Shown here: positions 39,443 to 53,116 of the stretch, piece by piece
Layout of the letters: every line of letters begins with the position of its first letter
Numbering within the stretch: position 1 is the stretch's first letter
NCBI RefSeq assembly: GCF_006345805.1
Contig: NC_043004.1
Coordinates: forward strand, 2,294,001 to 2,358,000
Length of the DNA stretch: 64,000 nt
Origin: Octopus sinensis
Lineage: Eukaryota
Reading direction: 5' to 3'
The notes under the pieces: generated by a model
Told to the model about the DNA's origin: nothing
What the model saw: only the letters and a program-made list of their open reading frames with translations
Databases searched by the model: none
Program-made: the position numbers and the translations under genes

Positions 39443-40566
39443 CAAGTAAAGGAGCGATTCAATAATAGGCGGAAATAGAAATAAATAATGCTGTGAGAAA
39501 GCTAGATGAAAAGAGAATGAAACAAAGACGTGAAGTAACATAACGAACGAAACAATGGCAGCACGAATAAAATAATGATATCATAGAATTTGGATGAGAG
39601 AGAAACTTTAGAAAACCTTCAAAGAAATAATAAAAGGCTCATGTACATTGTGATGCTTTGTTTTGAAGCAGACATATACAGTTAAATGTAATAGAAGAAA
39701 TATTGTTGAAGAATGGTAAAACAAAGAAAAACAAAAATGGAATGACGCTTGTTAGGTGTCTCTGGGGAGTAGATTACATATGCTATTTATTTATACACAC
39801 TTCTTAGTTCTGCTCGAAATCTGCTCAATAACGATGCTAGTAATGGTGGATAGTTCTTGTATTGAGACTTCCTCTCTCCATCGATAACAAAATTCAACAA
39901 CTACAAGAATGTATTTCTGCAAAAAAAAAAAAAAAAAAAAACTTAAACTTGGGGTACACTCTTTGAAACAAATACACGGTCCAGTTTCGATCTCTTGTTT
40001 TGGGTGTCACGAACAACATGGGTTATAGTTATATTTGTTGCTTATCTCCTGGTCAAATCTGATTAAATAAATCTATGATCGAACTCATTCTAGCCATGAC
40101 AATCCCGTCGAATTTTTACGAATCGTTACCCTGCATCTATACTGTATACCAATTTAAAGACTGTAGGAAGAACTTCAAGACGACTCGTAAAAAACACCAT
40201 AAATTTATTCCTTGTGTGACTAGCTGGGACAAACATGACTAAATGTTTCCTGGCACTCTATTTGTAAAGAATTTATCAGTTGGCCCACAGAAGCTCAAAA
40301 CGTGTAAACAACATTAAGAAGAAACTTTCATAATGTGCCCGCTTTAATTCTGTGCGAGAAGACATCGGTCGCGAAATAATCGTTCACACTGGTTTTAATC
40401 AAGTCTATCGCAAGCACGCCGAATTGGTATCAATGAATTATCGATGTTGTGACTATATGAGAAGTAATTAGATAAGACCACAATTAGTAAAACAACATCC
40501 AATTCTGAAGCATATTAAGGGATGCTGTTTGATGCCACACATTGATAGAAGCTCCAATAGCTATAT

Positions 40567-40624
40567 GAGAGGAAGCTGTTTCTATGGACAGAAGGCCGTA
40601 TCAACCTCTACATCGTCAGATCTC
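40567..40624 (-). ncRNA. Type I hammerhead motif, intact CUGACGA/GAAA core
   Basis: Minus strand: GAGAU-CUGACGA-UGUAGAGG..CCUUCU..AUA-GAAA-CAGCU-UC-CUCUC. Confidence 0.6.
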
Positions 40625-40753
40625 AATACTACACACGGCATACATACATACATACTTATATTATATATATATATATATATTTACACACACACATATATCT
40701 TTATTTACACGCATATATGTGTGTATGTATATATAAATGTGTGTATATGTATG

Positions 40754-40786
<33 letters not shown>

Positions 40787-40824
40787 TATACATATATATG
40801 CATACATTATGTATATATATACAT

Positions 40825-40889
<65 letters not shown>

Positions 40890-41535
40890 GCATACATTAT
40901 GTATATATACATACATATATATATATATAATATATATTATATATATATATACCTGGCTTTAAACTAAGTAGAAGAAAAAATATAGAATAAAATAAACTAT
41001 CCGCCGTTGATCGCTGGAAGAAATCTCTCTCTTCTCCGATTATAAACGAAAGCAATTACTGAACTTTGCCCAGCTCGAATCTAGGATTATGATTGAGAGA
41101 CTTGTTCTATTTTTTTCAGCATCTTCCAACTGGGATGGATTATAAGACCATATGTTAGATTGCAAATCGAAACGAAAGGAAGATAGCGAGTGAGAGAAAG
41201 TGTGTTTGTGTGTTTGTGTCTGTGTGTTTGAATGTGTGCGTTTGTGTATGTTTGTTTGTGTGCGTGTATATTTGTGTATATATGTGCGTATATATTTGAG
41301 AAAGAAAGAGATGGAGGAATTTACAGGACAGTGAATGAGTTAGAGAAGACATACAACAGCAACAAAATAAAAATATATAATCAGTGGAAAAGACGAAAAG
41401 ATAAATTTCATCCATAATTAGAAGAGATTATTGTTGAAATTATGAGTAAGAATGGGAAACGAAGTGAAGAGCAGGAGAAAGTAACAGCGTCGAAATCTGT
41501 AGTTGGCTGATAACTCCCTAAACCATATTTCACAG

Positions 41536-41555
41536 ACAATCGGCGCCATGCATCG
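41536..41555 (+). CDS. Candidate 20-nt micro-exon or start-codon exon (ATG CAT CG|gt)
   Basis: atttcacag|acaatcggcgccATGcatcg|gtgagt: acceptor, Kozak-like gccATG, consensus donor. Confidence 0.3.
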
Positions 41556-42195
41556 GTGAGTTGATTAGTTATGCATCTGCTGGGGGTTTCTAGGAAATCT
41601 GTAGACAGGTTTTCTGATCGATTGATTCAACAGATTAATACACAATAAATACTATGTCAAAGCAAAGCTAAATCGTGGAAGAGATTTATCGGATAAGTCA
41701 CAACACACCACACCTACTCGAAAATTTAGCCAATCTTTGAAATTTGAGAAAGAAGACAACAATCAAGTGTTACTTAGGCATTATTTTTTTCCGTAATCTC
41801 GATCGAAATGATTCCCTAATTACACACACACACATCTTTTAATTTCTTTTTTCTTCTCTCCATTGTTCGACGATTCTTAGAGCGGGTATTTTCTTTTTTT
41901 CTTTTTAAATATCCTTGAATATCCATAGCTTTCATTTCGGACCATCTCTCATTTTTCTCCACACTCTTGCTTGTCAATAAGTGCAGACGGTCTTTTCTTT
42001 TCTAATCTTTGTCTCTTAAATTATCTCATTACATTCTCTCTCATTCTTTTCTTCCTTTCTTTTACAATAAAAACTGTCCCATTTCTCCAAAAGTCAGCTA
42101 TTCCTTCCACAAACAATACATTCTCACAACTTTTCCTGTAAAGATACATCCCCCTACTCACTCACACTCTCTCTCCTTTCCACTCTATCTCCCCC

Positions 42196-42278
<83 letters not shown>

Positions 42279-42544
42279 AATCTATCTATCTATCTATCTA
42301 TCTATTCGTCTGTCTATCTCACTCTTCATTCCCTATGTCTTTTGAACTTGCACGCACATTTAAACATATGCGAGTATACAAACGCACGTACGTTGTACGT
42401 ACGTTCGTATATACGCATAAATATACATACACCCTCATACATATACTTACATACATTTATACATGCATACAAACATATAAACATGCATATATACATACAC
42501 ACACATACATGCATATATATATATACATATATACATACATCAAT

Positions 42545-42881
42545 ATTAGCAACTGCGGTGCAGTTACCAGTAACCGTGGAGATTGGCGACGTACCGTAAA
42601 AGAAGGAACGCAAAAGAGTGACATAGAGAGAGAGGAGAAATGGAAAGACAAGAAAAGAGGTCAACAAGAAAGTATGACATTACAACCAGCCAGGCAAAGT
42701 CTTCGCTACATTTGCGGCACCTGCCAGGATAGGACTACACAGCCAGAGCACCTGTCCAGGATAGGACTACACAGCCAGAGCAGGAGATGATGTATTAGGA
42801 TATGAAATGTAAAAGCCGGACTAGATTATTTTATGCGCAACTCCATTGACTCCCGAGACAAAAAGGTTGCCAACAACAACA
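42545..42881 (+). mobile_element. RTE (BovB-like) LINE 3' end
   Basis: NRGDWRRTVKEG..YICGTC..SRIGLHSQSRR C-terminal Zn-knuckle remnant; tail tccattgactcccgagac..gccaacaacaac; internal duplication of ccaggataggactacacagccagagca. Confidence 0.85.
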
Positions 42882-43398
42882 GCTAGGACACACTATAATG
42901 AAATCCGTCGGAAGGATAACGCCAATGCCAAAAAAAAATAAGAATCCACAATATGGTAGAAGCTATAGCCACTCATAATAAAAAGGAATACTGTTGGAAT
43001 GTACCAGTGAAGACATCAATAAAATGTAAGCACAACAGACCTGATATAATGATTTGGGATAGAGAAGAGAAACTGTGTACATTTATGGAAATTAGCTGCC
43101 CAGCAGATGTTAACATAAAGCTGGTGATCAGTGAAAAAGAGAATATCTACATATATACATACATACATGCATACATACATACATACATACATACATACAT
43201 ACATACATACAAACATACATACATAAATACATACATACATACATACATACATACATACATACATACATACATACATACATACAAACCTTGTTGTTGATGT
43301 TGAAATTCCAATGAAGGAACCTTGGATCTGAGTTAGAAACTGGTTCTTTCTCTATTGGCCAGAAATCTTGATATATATTGAATAAAGACATACATACA
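42882..43398 (+). mobile_element. R4-clade LINE restriction-like endonuclease fragment and putative 3' UTR, interrupted by and ending in (TACA)n
   Basis: WNVPVKTSIKCKHNRPDIMIWDREEKLCTFMEISCPADVNI..EKENIY (PD..E RLE motif); aataaa then catacatacat at ~43381-43398. Confidence 0.75.
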
Positions 43399-43560
43399 TG
43401 ATAGATGCAGCTCAGTTCCGAGCAATGACATCGCTTAATTGGTCTCTTTTGCGTAGATTTTTCGTGCTTTGGGATTTGACTGCCCTCCTTAGCATGTACA
43501 AAGTCCACATAGTGTTCTACTCCCTGTGTATAAATTTTTATACGCTCTTGGCTGTATGGA

Positions 43561-43893
43561 AGCGTAGGCATGGCTGTGTGGTAAGAAGCTTGCTTAGTAA
43601 TCACATGGTCCCCCTTGGGCGAGTGTTTTACTATTATCTCAGGACGAGCAAAGCTTTGGGAGTGGAAACTGAAAAAGCACGTCGTGTATATATATATATA
43701 TGTATTGATATGTTTGTGTATCTGAGTTTTCTCCCTCCCCCACCATCACTTGACAATCGATATTGGAGTGTTTACATCCCGGTAACTTAGCGGTTCGGCA
43801 AAAGAGACCAATAGAATGAGTCCGGGGCAAATTTCTTCGACTAAAAAGGTGCTCCAGTATGGCCTCAGCCAAATGACTGAAACAGGTAAAAGA
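43561..43893 (+). mobile_element. SINE family B
   Basis: gcgtaggcatggctgtgtggtaagaagcttgc head to gactgaaacaggtaaaaga tail. Confidence 0.85.
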
Positions 43894-44427
43894 ACGTCTT
43901 CTGACTTTAATTGTGCATGCTAACCACTAGTATGAATTATTATGGTAATAATTTTTACTCTTCTATTGAAATATTTCAATTCTTCGGTCAGATAATACAT
44001 GGTTGATTTTATTCACTGCTGTACTCTTCTGACACGGCACGTTGGTTGAGGACATTCGATTTGAATTCTTGATGTATAAAGATGGAGCTAAAGGCACATG
44101 TCTTTACTTTGTGCTTCATAGTTATACATTTTCCAGCGACTCTACTGACGAGCTATAAATGGTTAATTAATCAATTACTTGACTATATTAATTAATTTCT
44201 TTGATCAATAATGGTGAAATTCAAGAGTATAGAGTTAACTGATTTTTATTTATTCAAGTGTCCAGCTTGCTTACAAGCAATGTGCCATAAATAAGGATGA
44301 TTTTTTCCGTGGTTTGGGATTTGATTGCCCGTTTTAGCTTGTAATACATTCACATGATGGTCTTCTCTCAATGTATAAATTTTTATACGCACTTACATAT
44401 GTATATATATATATATATATATATACA

Positions 44428-44620
44428 CATTTAACTGTGGTCATGCTGGAACACCAACTCTAGTCGAGCAAATCGACCCGGGACTTATTCTTTGTAAGCC
44501 TATTACTTATTCTATCGGTCGCTTTTGCCGAACTGCTAAGTCACGAGGACATAAATACACCCGCATCGGTGTCAATCGATGTTGGGGAAACAAACACAGA
44601 CACACAAATATATACACACA

Positions 44621-44665
<45 letters not shown>

Positions 44666-44752
44666 GTGTATATGTATATACGACAGCCTTCGTTCAGTTT
44701 CTGTCTACCAAATCTACTCAGAAGGATTTGGTCGGCCGGAGACTATAGTAGA
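44428..44752 (-). mobile_element. SINE family B fragment
   Basis: catgctggaacacc..gtcgagcaaatcgacc..tctaccaaatctactca. Confidence 0.85.
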
Positions 44753-45353
44753 ATCCGGACAGAAATATAGGAAAAATAAAAGTTGAAAATGCATTGAGAA
44801 TAGTTAAAATATTTTTTTTGATATTTGAAGCTTTAAGCGGTTTCAGATAAGTAAAAGCGTATATGTACGTCTGTTTATGTACATATATTTGCATATGGTA
44901 TCATTAGTTCAGTGTTAATGATTACACGTGTCCATGATATAAGTGTGGGACATCTATAGTATTTGTTATTTTCTATGACTTAGCGATATACCATGTCGTG
45001 GCAGTGCAGTTGAAAAGATGCAAGCTCTGTCACAATCCCGTCAGACGGATTTACACGAAGTTCAAAACCCCAGCATCTTCACAATGCAAAGCCGTCAATA
45101 ATATCCAATGTCACAATCACATTCATGCTAATTCAGTAATCCTGGTATTTCAATGAATTATACACCGGAAAAAACGATGGATTGTGTTTCTGGTGGAAAT
45201 CAAACATATACATACACATACGCATGCATACACACATACATGCACACACACATATATATATATATAAATATATAACTAAATAAGTATATAAAAATATATA
45301 TTTATACATACACATATAAATATATATATATATGCATACATATATAATTATAT

Positions 45354-45410
<57 letters not shown>

Positions 45411-45486
45411 ATGTATATATAGTTTAATATGCTACCAAGTATAAGCCATACGATTTATTATCTAATATGTATATATTTATATATAC

Positions 45487-46755
45487 TAGCTGGGGTGCAA
45501 GGTAATTCCAGGGAGTTAAATATGTTCTATTAAAACGATTTATTTAAACGCCCTATTACTCTGATCTAAAAAAGTAATTTCGGTATAACTGCCACAAAAT
45601 TAGTATTTTCCGTCACGAAAAAGTACAAAAGACTCTCAGCTGGAGGAGGGAGAGATTGCCGGAGGTTGCCGAGAGAGGTTGTCGGAGGTTGGCGAAAGAG
45701 GTTGTCGGAGGTTGGCGAGAGAGGTTGGTGAGAGGGGTTGTCGGAGGGAGAAGCATTTTGTTCCAAAATTTCAGTCTTGCAGAGCTTCGTGATACACAAT
45801 GTTTTCGGTTTTGCCGTAGGGTGCATAGATGAATAAATTTCCGGATTTCCAACTGTAAAGCATCCGACATGGAGCTGTCTGTGAGAAAAAGCAGGATGTG
45901 AACACACTTATTAAATACGTTCTGGAACCAAAACGTTATCTACTGCTATCGAAAATGTTTAACTGGTAAAATGCAGAATTATCGGAGTTACGGGCATTCA
46001 AAGTGTAGTCAAATTTAATTGGAAACCCTGCATGTATTGCCAGCATTTAGTTATTTGGAGATGTTGAAAAAATGTCTAATAATGCAATGTCTAAATTAAT
46101 GACAGCAATATGTATATAACTGTTTCGATATTGAAGTAGAATAGACGAAGAATAATTGCTTGGTTTAGTAAATATCAAATATAAGGAATCGGAGATCTCT
46201 GTTGTTGCATTAGAGTAGCTTGTGAAGAGGTACACACTTATACGCTTACTCGTTGAGGCATTTTAAAGGTGAACTCTATCAAGGCCAAGTTATTAAAGCT
46301 AATATATAAATGTAGTATATATAAGCGCAAAAAAGTATGTATGTATATAAATGTATGAATGAAGTCTTGAAGGTTTAATATTCAAATCGAAAATGTGCAA
46401 TAATAAGGTTTAGCAGTTGAAAACTATGAGTAGAGAAATGCAGAATTAGGTCCGCTGATCGTGAGAATCAAATATTGATCACTTGGCTAAAACTGACAAT
46501 TGTAAATGCAGGTGCTATGGGTTATTTCCCTTGGGTGTTTAAATAAAATATATTAGTTATATGTAGTGGATATAAGGATCCCTTCCAGGTACCCTATGAT
46601 CAATTTTTTAACAATCTAAGTATATCCCGAGGTTTCCAGACATGAGTTCTACTAACGTGTCAAGTTTCATCAAAATCGATTAAACGATGTAGGAGGAGTT
46701 AGCTATCAACTCCACAAACACGAACAGACAAAATTTCCCACATATGTTGTATATT
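45487..46755 (-). mobile_element. Probable non-autonomous Helitron-like element with an internal 23-bp tandem repeat (45650-45750)
   Basis: actag terminus with adjacent GC-rich stretch; other end caagtttcatcaaaatcgattaaacgatgtaggaggagttag..acagaca resembles Helitron-derived repeats; unit gagaggttgtcggaggttggcga. Confidence 0.5.
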
Positions 46756-47174
46756 ATATACATATGTATGTATATATGTATATACATATACAGAGAGAGG
46801 GGAAAAAGAGAAAGAACTGTAATATACTTGTTAAAATACAATCAACCATACATTCAGAAATTAGCATTCACCGTCACTAAGAAATATATACATTTTTTCA
46901 ATTATTCTAATATCTTATAAAATACAGCTATCGGTTTGGTTATATTCCGCTTCCATTAAATTGCGTTTAACCTCACTATAATTCTGAAATGAACCTTGGC
47001 GACCAACAATAAAATAGTCACCTTTGTTATATTAAAAAGAAAAGAAATCTGCGTTTTTATATATTAATGTTTATATATACATACATGCATACATATAAGT
47101 ATATATTTGGTATTGTGTGTATATGCATGCACATAGACACCTATCTATGTAGGTATATATAAATGCATGTATGC

Positions 47175-47215
<41 letters not shown>

Positions 47216-47964
47216 GTATGTGTGTATCTTTATCTATATATATATATGTATGTACACATACACACACATATACAGAATCACACACATACGTGTTTATAGT
47301 TGTTCGTGCTAAACACATCAATCAAACTCTTCCACCGTTCCCGCTAAACGATAAGATGGTGGAAAAGTATTAGATTTTCTTCAACATTTATATTCATTTT
47401 CTGGCCTCGACTGTTTATCATTTGATTTGTTAAAAGTGTTAAAAACTAAAGACCCTCTGCTTCTGAACATATCGACCCACCATCAGCTTAACTTGGCATA
47501 TAAAAAAAAAAACACTTTAAACGATAACTTTGATATATACTTCAACTCCGCTTATCAGTCGCAGCTCCTTGTTTCATTACAGATGACGGACTTGTTTAGA
47601 TCTCATTTCTTTTTCTTTCTTTCTCTTCATAGACGTGTAACATTTTATTTTTTAAAAGAAGCTCTGATATTTAAAGCGAAAATACATTCAGTGATAGATC
47701 AATCATAATCTTTTTTTTTTTCGGTTGTTTTTTTCTTCTTTATTTTACTATTCGTAAAAACAAAAAAAAAATAAAATAAAATTATAAAGAAATCTCAATT
47801 TCTTTTACAGAGATATATTGGAATTTTCTTATTCTTTATTTTAATAATAATGTTACTTTTTGTCTTCCAATTTTATAATCGATATATACATATATATACA
47901 CACACGCATATTTATATATGTGTGTGTGTGTGTGTATGTATAGATATATGCATATATATGTATG

Positions 47965-47998
<34 letters not shown>

Positions 47999-48046
47999 GT
48001 TGTTTATATATATAATATATATATATATTATATATATATATGTATG

Positions 48047-48096
<50 letters not shown>

Positions 48097-48124
48097 ATAT
48101 ATATATATATATTATATATATATA

Positions 48125-48171
<47 letters not shown>

Positions 48172-48239
48172 CGCGAGTACACAGGCATATATACATATAT
48201 ATGTTTCAAGCCGGAAATATATTCTTCTTTTTCATTGTT

Positions 48240-49150
48240 GCACGGCTTAAAGATTTGCAGAAGGCTGGATACGGTCGATTAAACATGCCGTATTAAATTA
48301 CTGGTATATATTTTATCACCCCGAAACCTGCCGTATAACGATAACTCTGGAAGTATTTAATGTTATGATGTCGGCCTTCGTAACTAAATATTTCTAAGCA
48401 TCATTTCGATGCTCCGCTTTTTTTTTTGCTTTTTTTTTTTACCGTTCTTCGAAACTAAAAGTAATAAAATAAATAAAATTGCGGGTTGCGGTTTAGAAAG
48501 AAGAGTCGATCAATTAGATAATATAACTGGCACATATTTGTTCTGCCCCTTCTATATGAAATGCAATGTCGAGCTTGGTAGGATTAAACTGAGTAAATAG
48601 AGCGATGCAACTAAATGCAAGGAGACATGTTTTGATGGTCTATCAAATGAAATACCACAAAACTGATTTGCAACATAAATAGAAGCCAACGTATTCTATG
48701 GGTGGCGTATAGACGATTCGATAAATTTATGTAGGTATCCGATAGTTACATTATTGAACCTCGAAGATGAACGGCCAAGTGACTTCGGTGAGATTTGAAT
48801 TGAAATGTGAAGGGCATTATTGGCAGGAGTCCTCCGGCTCAATAACTCGGTTTCCATGGCGTAGGAGTGACTGAAATCAAATTATTTCAACTGGATGGGA
48901 CGCCAGTCCTTTGCAGCAAATATAAAAGGTTGCAACTAAATACCACAACATATTTTGTCAAATGTCCTAACGGTCCTGTTAATCGAATTTTAACTTTTTC
49001 ATTGATTAACCACAGACCAAGAGGAAGCAGTTGTTTATACTGACGCCAGGATATGACTGTTACATACGTTTGAAACGCAAAGGACGAAAAAGTTGACTGA
49101 CGGAATTCATCTCAATAGAAAAAAATGCCATAACCAAATACCGAAATACA
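48240..49150 (-). mobile_element. Cluster of ~4 old degenerate SINE family A copies
   Basis: Repeated gtcgatt..actggtatatattttatc..cccgaa-like and aactaaatacc-like motifs at roughly 200-300 bp spacing. Confidence 0.5.
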
Positions 49151-49709
49151 CCTAGCCGTTCTACTATTTCAATGAAATGAGTAACGTAGCCCACAAGACA
49201 TTCAAACGAACCGAATTTATGACACTTTAGGAAGTATTAGATCTACGAATATCGATGATAGAATGTATTGATCTATACTTATAGAGGCGAGGGCTTCTCA
49301 TGTCCCCTTCTACAGGGAACCACATCTCTTTCAAGTAATACACAACCAATTCAATAAACGCTGATATTGAATATTCAATGAGAAATCTTCGGCATTGCAG
49401 ATAAACCTGCTAGAAACTGCAGCAAAATTTCCTTCAAATCACAGAAAATGAAGACTGTGTAACGTAGGCCTAGTTACATTGCACCAAAGAAAACGGGTTG
49501 TCACGCTTGGAATGCATTTGAACATAGGTCTGCGTAATAATGGATTAAGTAGGATTTATACCACAAACAACAATTGATTCCTTTCCCATTAAAGTTTGTT
49601 TTCGTCTGACTCTTTTAATCCTCTTTCACCTTCAGTACGACTTAACAACAAATATAATCTTTTAATTCGATAAAATAAACTAAAGGATATTCAAATTAAA
49701 TTTCATTTT

Positions 49710-49897
49710 ATACTCCCTTTTACTCTCTTTTTCTTGTTTCAGTCATTTGTCAAGCAAATCGACTCCAGGACTTATTCCTTGTAAGCTTAGTACTTATTCT
49801 ATCGGCCCCTTTTGACGAACCGCTAGGTTACGGGGACGTAAACACACCAGCATCGGTTGTCAAGCGATGTTGGCGGGGAGCAAACACAGTCACACAA

Positions 49898-49928
<31 letters not shown>

Positions 49929-50097
49929 CATATATACAACAGGCTTCTTTCAGTTTCTCTCTACCTAATCCACTCACAAGGGTTTGGTCGGCCCAAAGCT
50001 ATAGTAGAAGGTACTTGCCCAAGGTGCCACGCAGTGGGACTGAACCCGGAATCATGTGGTTGGGAAGCAAGCTACTTATCACACAGCCACTCCTGCG
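49710..50097 (-). mobile_element. SINE family B, near full length (a second fragment lies at 50185-50400)
   Basis: Close match to the 1781 copy, including head cacacagccactcctgcg. Confidence 0.9.
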
Positions 50098-50498
50098 TTT
50101 CATTTTGTTTTTTATTCACCTTTGATAAAATAAATGGAAACTCGTTTCACTCAAGAAAACCACAAATTGCCAAGATGGTATCATTTTTTTTACTTGTTTC
50201 AGTCATTAAACTGCGTTCATGCTGGAGCACTTCCTCAAGAAAGTTTTAGACAAATGAATCGACCCGAGTTAATTAATTTTCTAAAGCCTGATGCTTATTC
50301 TGTCGTTCTCTTATTGACGTATCTCTAAGTTACGGCCACATAAACAAACATACATTTGTTGCGATGCGCTGGTGGGGAACAAACACAAAGACACACAAAA
50401 ACACACACATACATACATATATGCATATATATACGCATGTGTCTATGTATATAGGTATGTATATATGTATATATACATACATATACATATACATATAG

Positions 50499-50537
<39 letters not shown>

Positions 50538-50560
50538 CTATATATATATATACATATATA

Positions 50561-51073
50561 CCAAATATAAGAGAGAATCCACTATGTGGACGCTCTTTCG
50601 CTAAAATAGATCCGCAATGGTCTCAACCTCTAAGAATTGTTGTCAAGGAAAATTAGCACAAACTATGAACGTAAGCGAGCAGGACAAATGAAAATAACAA
50701 AATGTAGATTAACCCTACAAATTGTTTTCACTGTTAATAGATTATATGCAATTTTACTTACACAAGAATTCACAGCTCATCAGTAGGATTCGTCATGAAT
50801 ATAATTTGCTGAACTGCACGCCAGGTTTTAACACAAAGTCAATACACGAGTAGTTCCGCCTATATATCGCAGTTATGATTCAAATGTCCTCGTTATAAGC
50901 GCGCCAAATCCACGGAAACAAATTCTGCATAAATAATTAACTGCAGTATAATTAAAATCAAAAAAGGGTGAAAAAATTGGATATTAATTTAATAACATCA
51001 ATTTAACACCAAGTGGTTTAGCGCATAAAAACTGGATTTCAGTATATTAACCCAAATATAAGAGAGAATCCAC
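50561..51073 (-). mobile_element. Penelope-like/retrozyme-like element bounded by a 22-bp direct repeat, with hammerhead core at 50713-50787
   Basis: ccaaatataagagagaatccac at both ends; minus strand CCUA-CUGAUGA-GCUGU..ACAGU-GAAA-ACAAUUUG-UAGG; embedded in (TA)n. Confidence 0.7.
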
Positions 51074-51151
51074 ATATATATACATATATACATATACATA
51101 TATATATATTATATATATATATATATATACTATATATATATAATATATAGA

Positions 51152-51189
<38 letters not shown>

Positions 51190-51204
51190 TATATATATAT
51201 ATAT

Positions 51205-51420
51205 ATTATTTGATAAAACGGTAAGATAACAAAAAAAGAAAGAGACCTCAATATATGTAAATAGAGGAAATTTATCTATACAATATGTTACATTACTCGG
51301 TAGTCAAGATAACCACTGAGTTTAGATGCCGAAGTGGAAATCCACAACACCATCTCTTCGGCTCTGGCTATAGCCAGAGTATTATCTTGACTACCGATAA
51401 TGTAACATATTGTATAGATA
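51205..51420. mobile_element. Fold-back element with ~40-bp inverted arms (51273-51312 / 51382-51420) and degenerate hammerhead in the loop
   Basis: Arm tatctatacaatatgttacattactcggtagtcaagataa; inner palindrome ctctggctatagccagag; minus CCGAAGA-GAUG..CAUC-UAAA. Confidence 0.7.
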
Positions 51421-51480
51421 TATATATATATATATATAATATATATATATATAGCACACACATATATATATATATTATAT

Positions 51481-51516
<36 letters not shown>

Positions 51517-51517
51517 C

Positions 51518-51566
<49 letters not shown>

Positions 51567-51629
51567 CCGCGTGTGTACCGTTGGTGATTTTTTCTCCGTC
51601 TTTCTTCTCTGGATCTTTCCTTTTCCTTT

Positions 51630-51664
51630 GTTTCCGACGAAGAGCTCCGCTCGAAACGTTAAAC
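51630..51664 (+). ncRNA. Minimal type I hammerhead motif (CCGACGA variant) in a Penelope-like fragment ~51567-51766
   Basis: GUUU-CCGACGA-A-GAGC(UCC)GCUC-GAAA-CG-UU-AAAC. Confidence 0.72.
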
Positions 51665-51794
51665 CCTCCTTCTTCCCTTCCTTCCTGAGCGTCCAATAAT
51701 ACTATATTTGTTCCACGTCTTGGCGTTGTTATGTTTTCTCTTTGTGTTTTCATGTTTGGATTAACTATATATATATATATATACACATATATCA

Positions 51795-52032
51795 TATGAC
51801 GGACCCTCCTGTCGAAGACGATGTATGAGTGTTCAGCGAGAAGACAGAAAAAGAAAATGCAATGAAAGAGGCAATCAATAACACACTTTATCTACTCTTA
51901 CTACCATTCATCAATGTTTAGAATTCATTCACTCCACCTGGTGATACCGCCGCATGTGAGTTCTCAGGCCACCCAAAACAATATGGATATGAACATAACT
52001 TATTAAACCAGGACATAGTTCATTCCAGCTCG

Positions 52033-52071
<39 letters not shown>

Positions 52072-52320
52072 GTAACACCGGGTCACCAATCTTGTAACCA
52101 GCAAATTAGATTGTTGAGAAAGACTCTATAAGAGATGCAATCAGTAATACCACCAAGGATGATCGCAAAGGGGTTGAAACCGTAGGGCGTGGTGGTCCAA
52201 GTGGCTGAGAGATGGTAGGGGTTCTCTCCCTTGATTTCAATACCTATCGGGTGCAGATGGCATCGAATAACCTGCTGGGGTTAAAATAGCAGCAACAGCG
52301 GTTCCTGCAGAACAGTCATG
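51795..52320 (-). mobile_element. Possible solo LTR
   Basis: Short inverted ends atgac/gtcat, TATA-like tract, then ataaagtgtg on the minus strand; no clear TSD. Confidence 0.3.
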
Positions 52321-52454
52321 TTCAAGTGACGATAAACATTGCTTCTCAGTAGTATAGTTATTCCTTCCATTTATAAATGAGTGTGTGTGTCTGTGTGTAT
52401 CGCACACACGCAGGCGCATATGTGTGTGTGTGCGCGGGCGTACGTGTGTGTGTG

Positions 52455-52800
52455 TGTATGTGTTGTTTTGTTCTTACTGTCCTATTTTTGTTACCACTTT
52501 AACCTTCCGCAAATCCCAAATTTTATTTAATGTTTTAACGAAGTCACGTCTTGCCCCAACGTTCGAAAAGGGGAGTAGATAACACAGAAGACAACTGATG
52601 AAGAGATTGTTCTTTATGCTGCCTGTCTCGTTTCTCTATTTATAATTCGTTGTTCGAAAAAAAGTTCCTCAATGCTTTTGGTATTTATGTTCTCGCTTTT
52701 CATTTTGTTCACGTTTTTTTTTGACGTCCTGTGCCCATATATGCATGTATATATACCATACATATGTAGGTATGTTCATATATGTATATATGCATATATA
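52455..52800 (+). mobile_element. Diverged relative of the 56473-57481 Penelope-like element
   Basis: ttcgaaa..gagtagat..actgatgaag..gtcctgt.c.catatatgc.tgtata in the same order. Confidence 0.55.
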
Positions 52801-52805
52801 TGTAT

Positions 52806-52839
<34 letters not shown>

Positions 52840-52843
52840 ATAC

Positions 52844-52844
<1 letters not shown>

Positions 52845-52936
<92 letters not shown>

Positions 52937-52992
52937 CAGATAGATAGATAGATAGATAGATAGATTAATAGATAGATAGACTGACAGATAGA

Positions 52993-53026
<34 letters not shown>

Positions 53027-53049
53027 AACGGACAGACAGACAGACAGAC

Positions 53050-53115
<66 letters not shown>
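52845..53115. repeat. (GATA)n/(GACA)n microsatellite
   Basis: Direct observation. Confidence 0.95.

Positions 53116-53116
<1 letters not shown>

Noticed and set aside
52595-52625. ctgatgaag hammerhead-like box (also 38724 and 57277)
   Set aside because: No matching downstream GAAA with supporting stems
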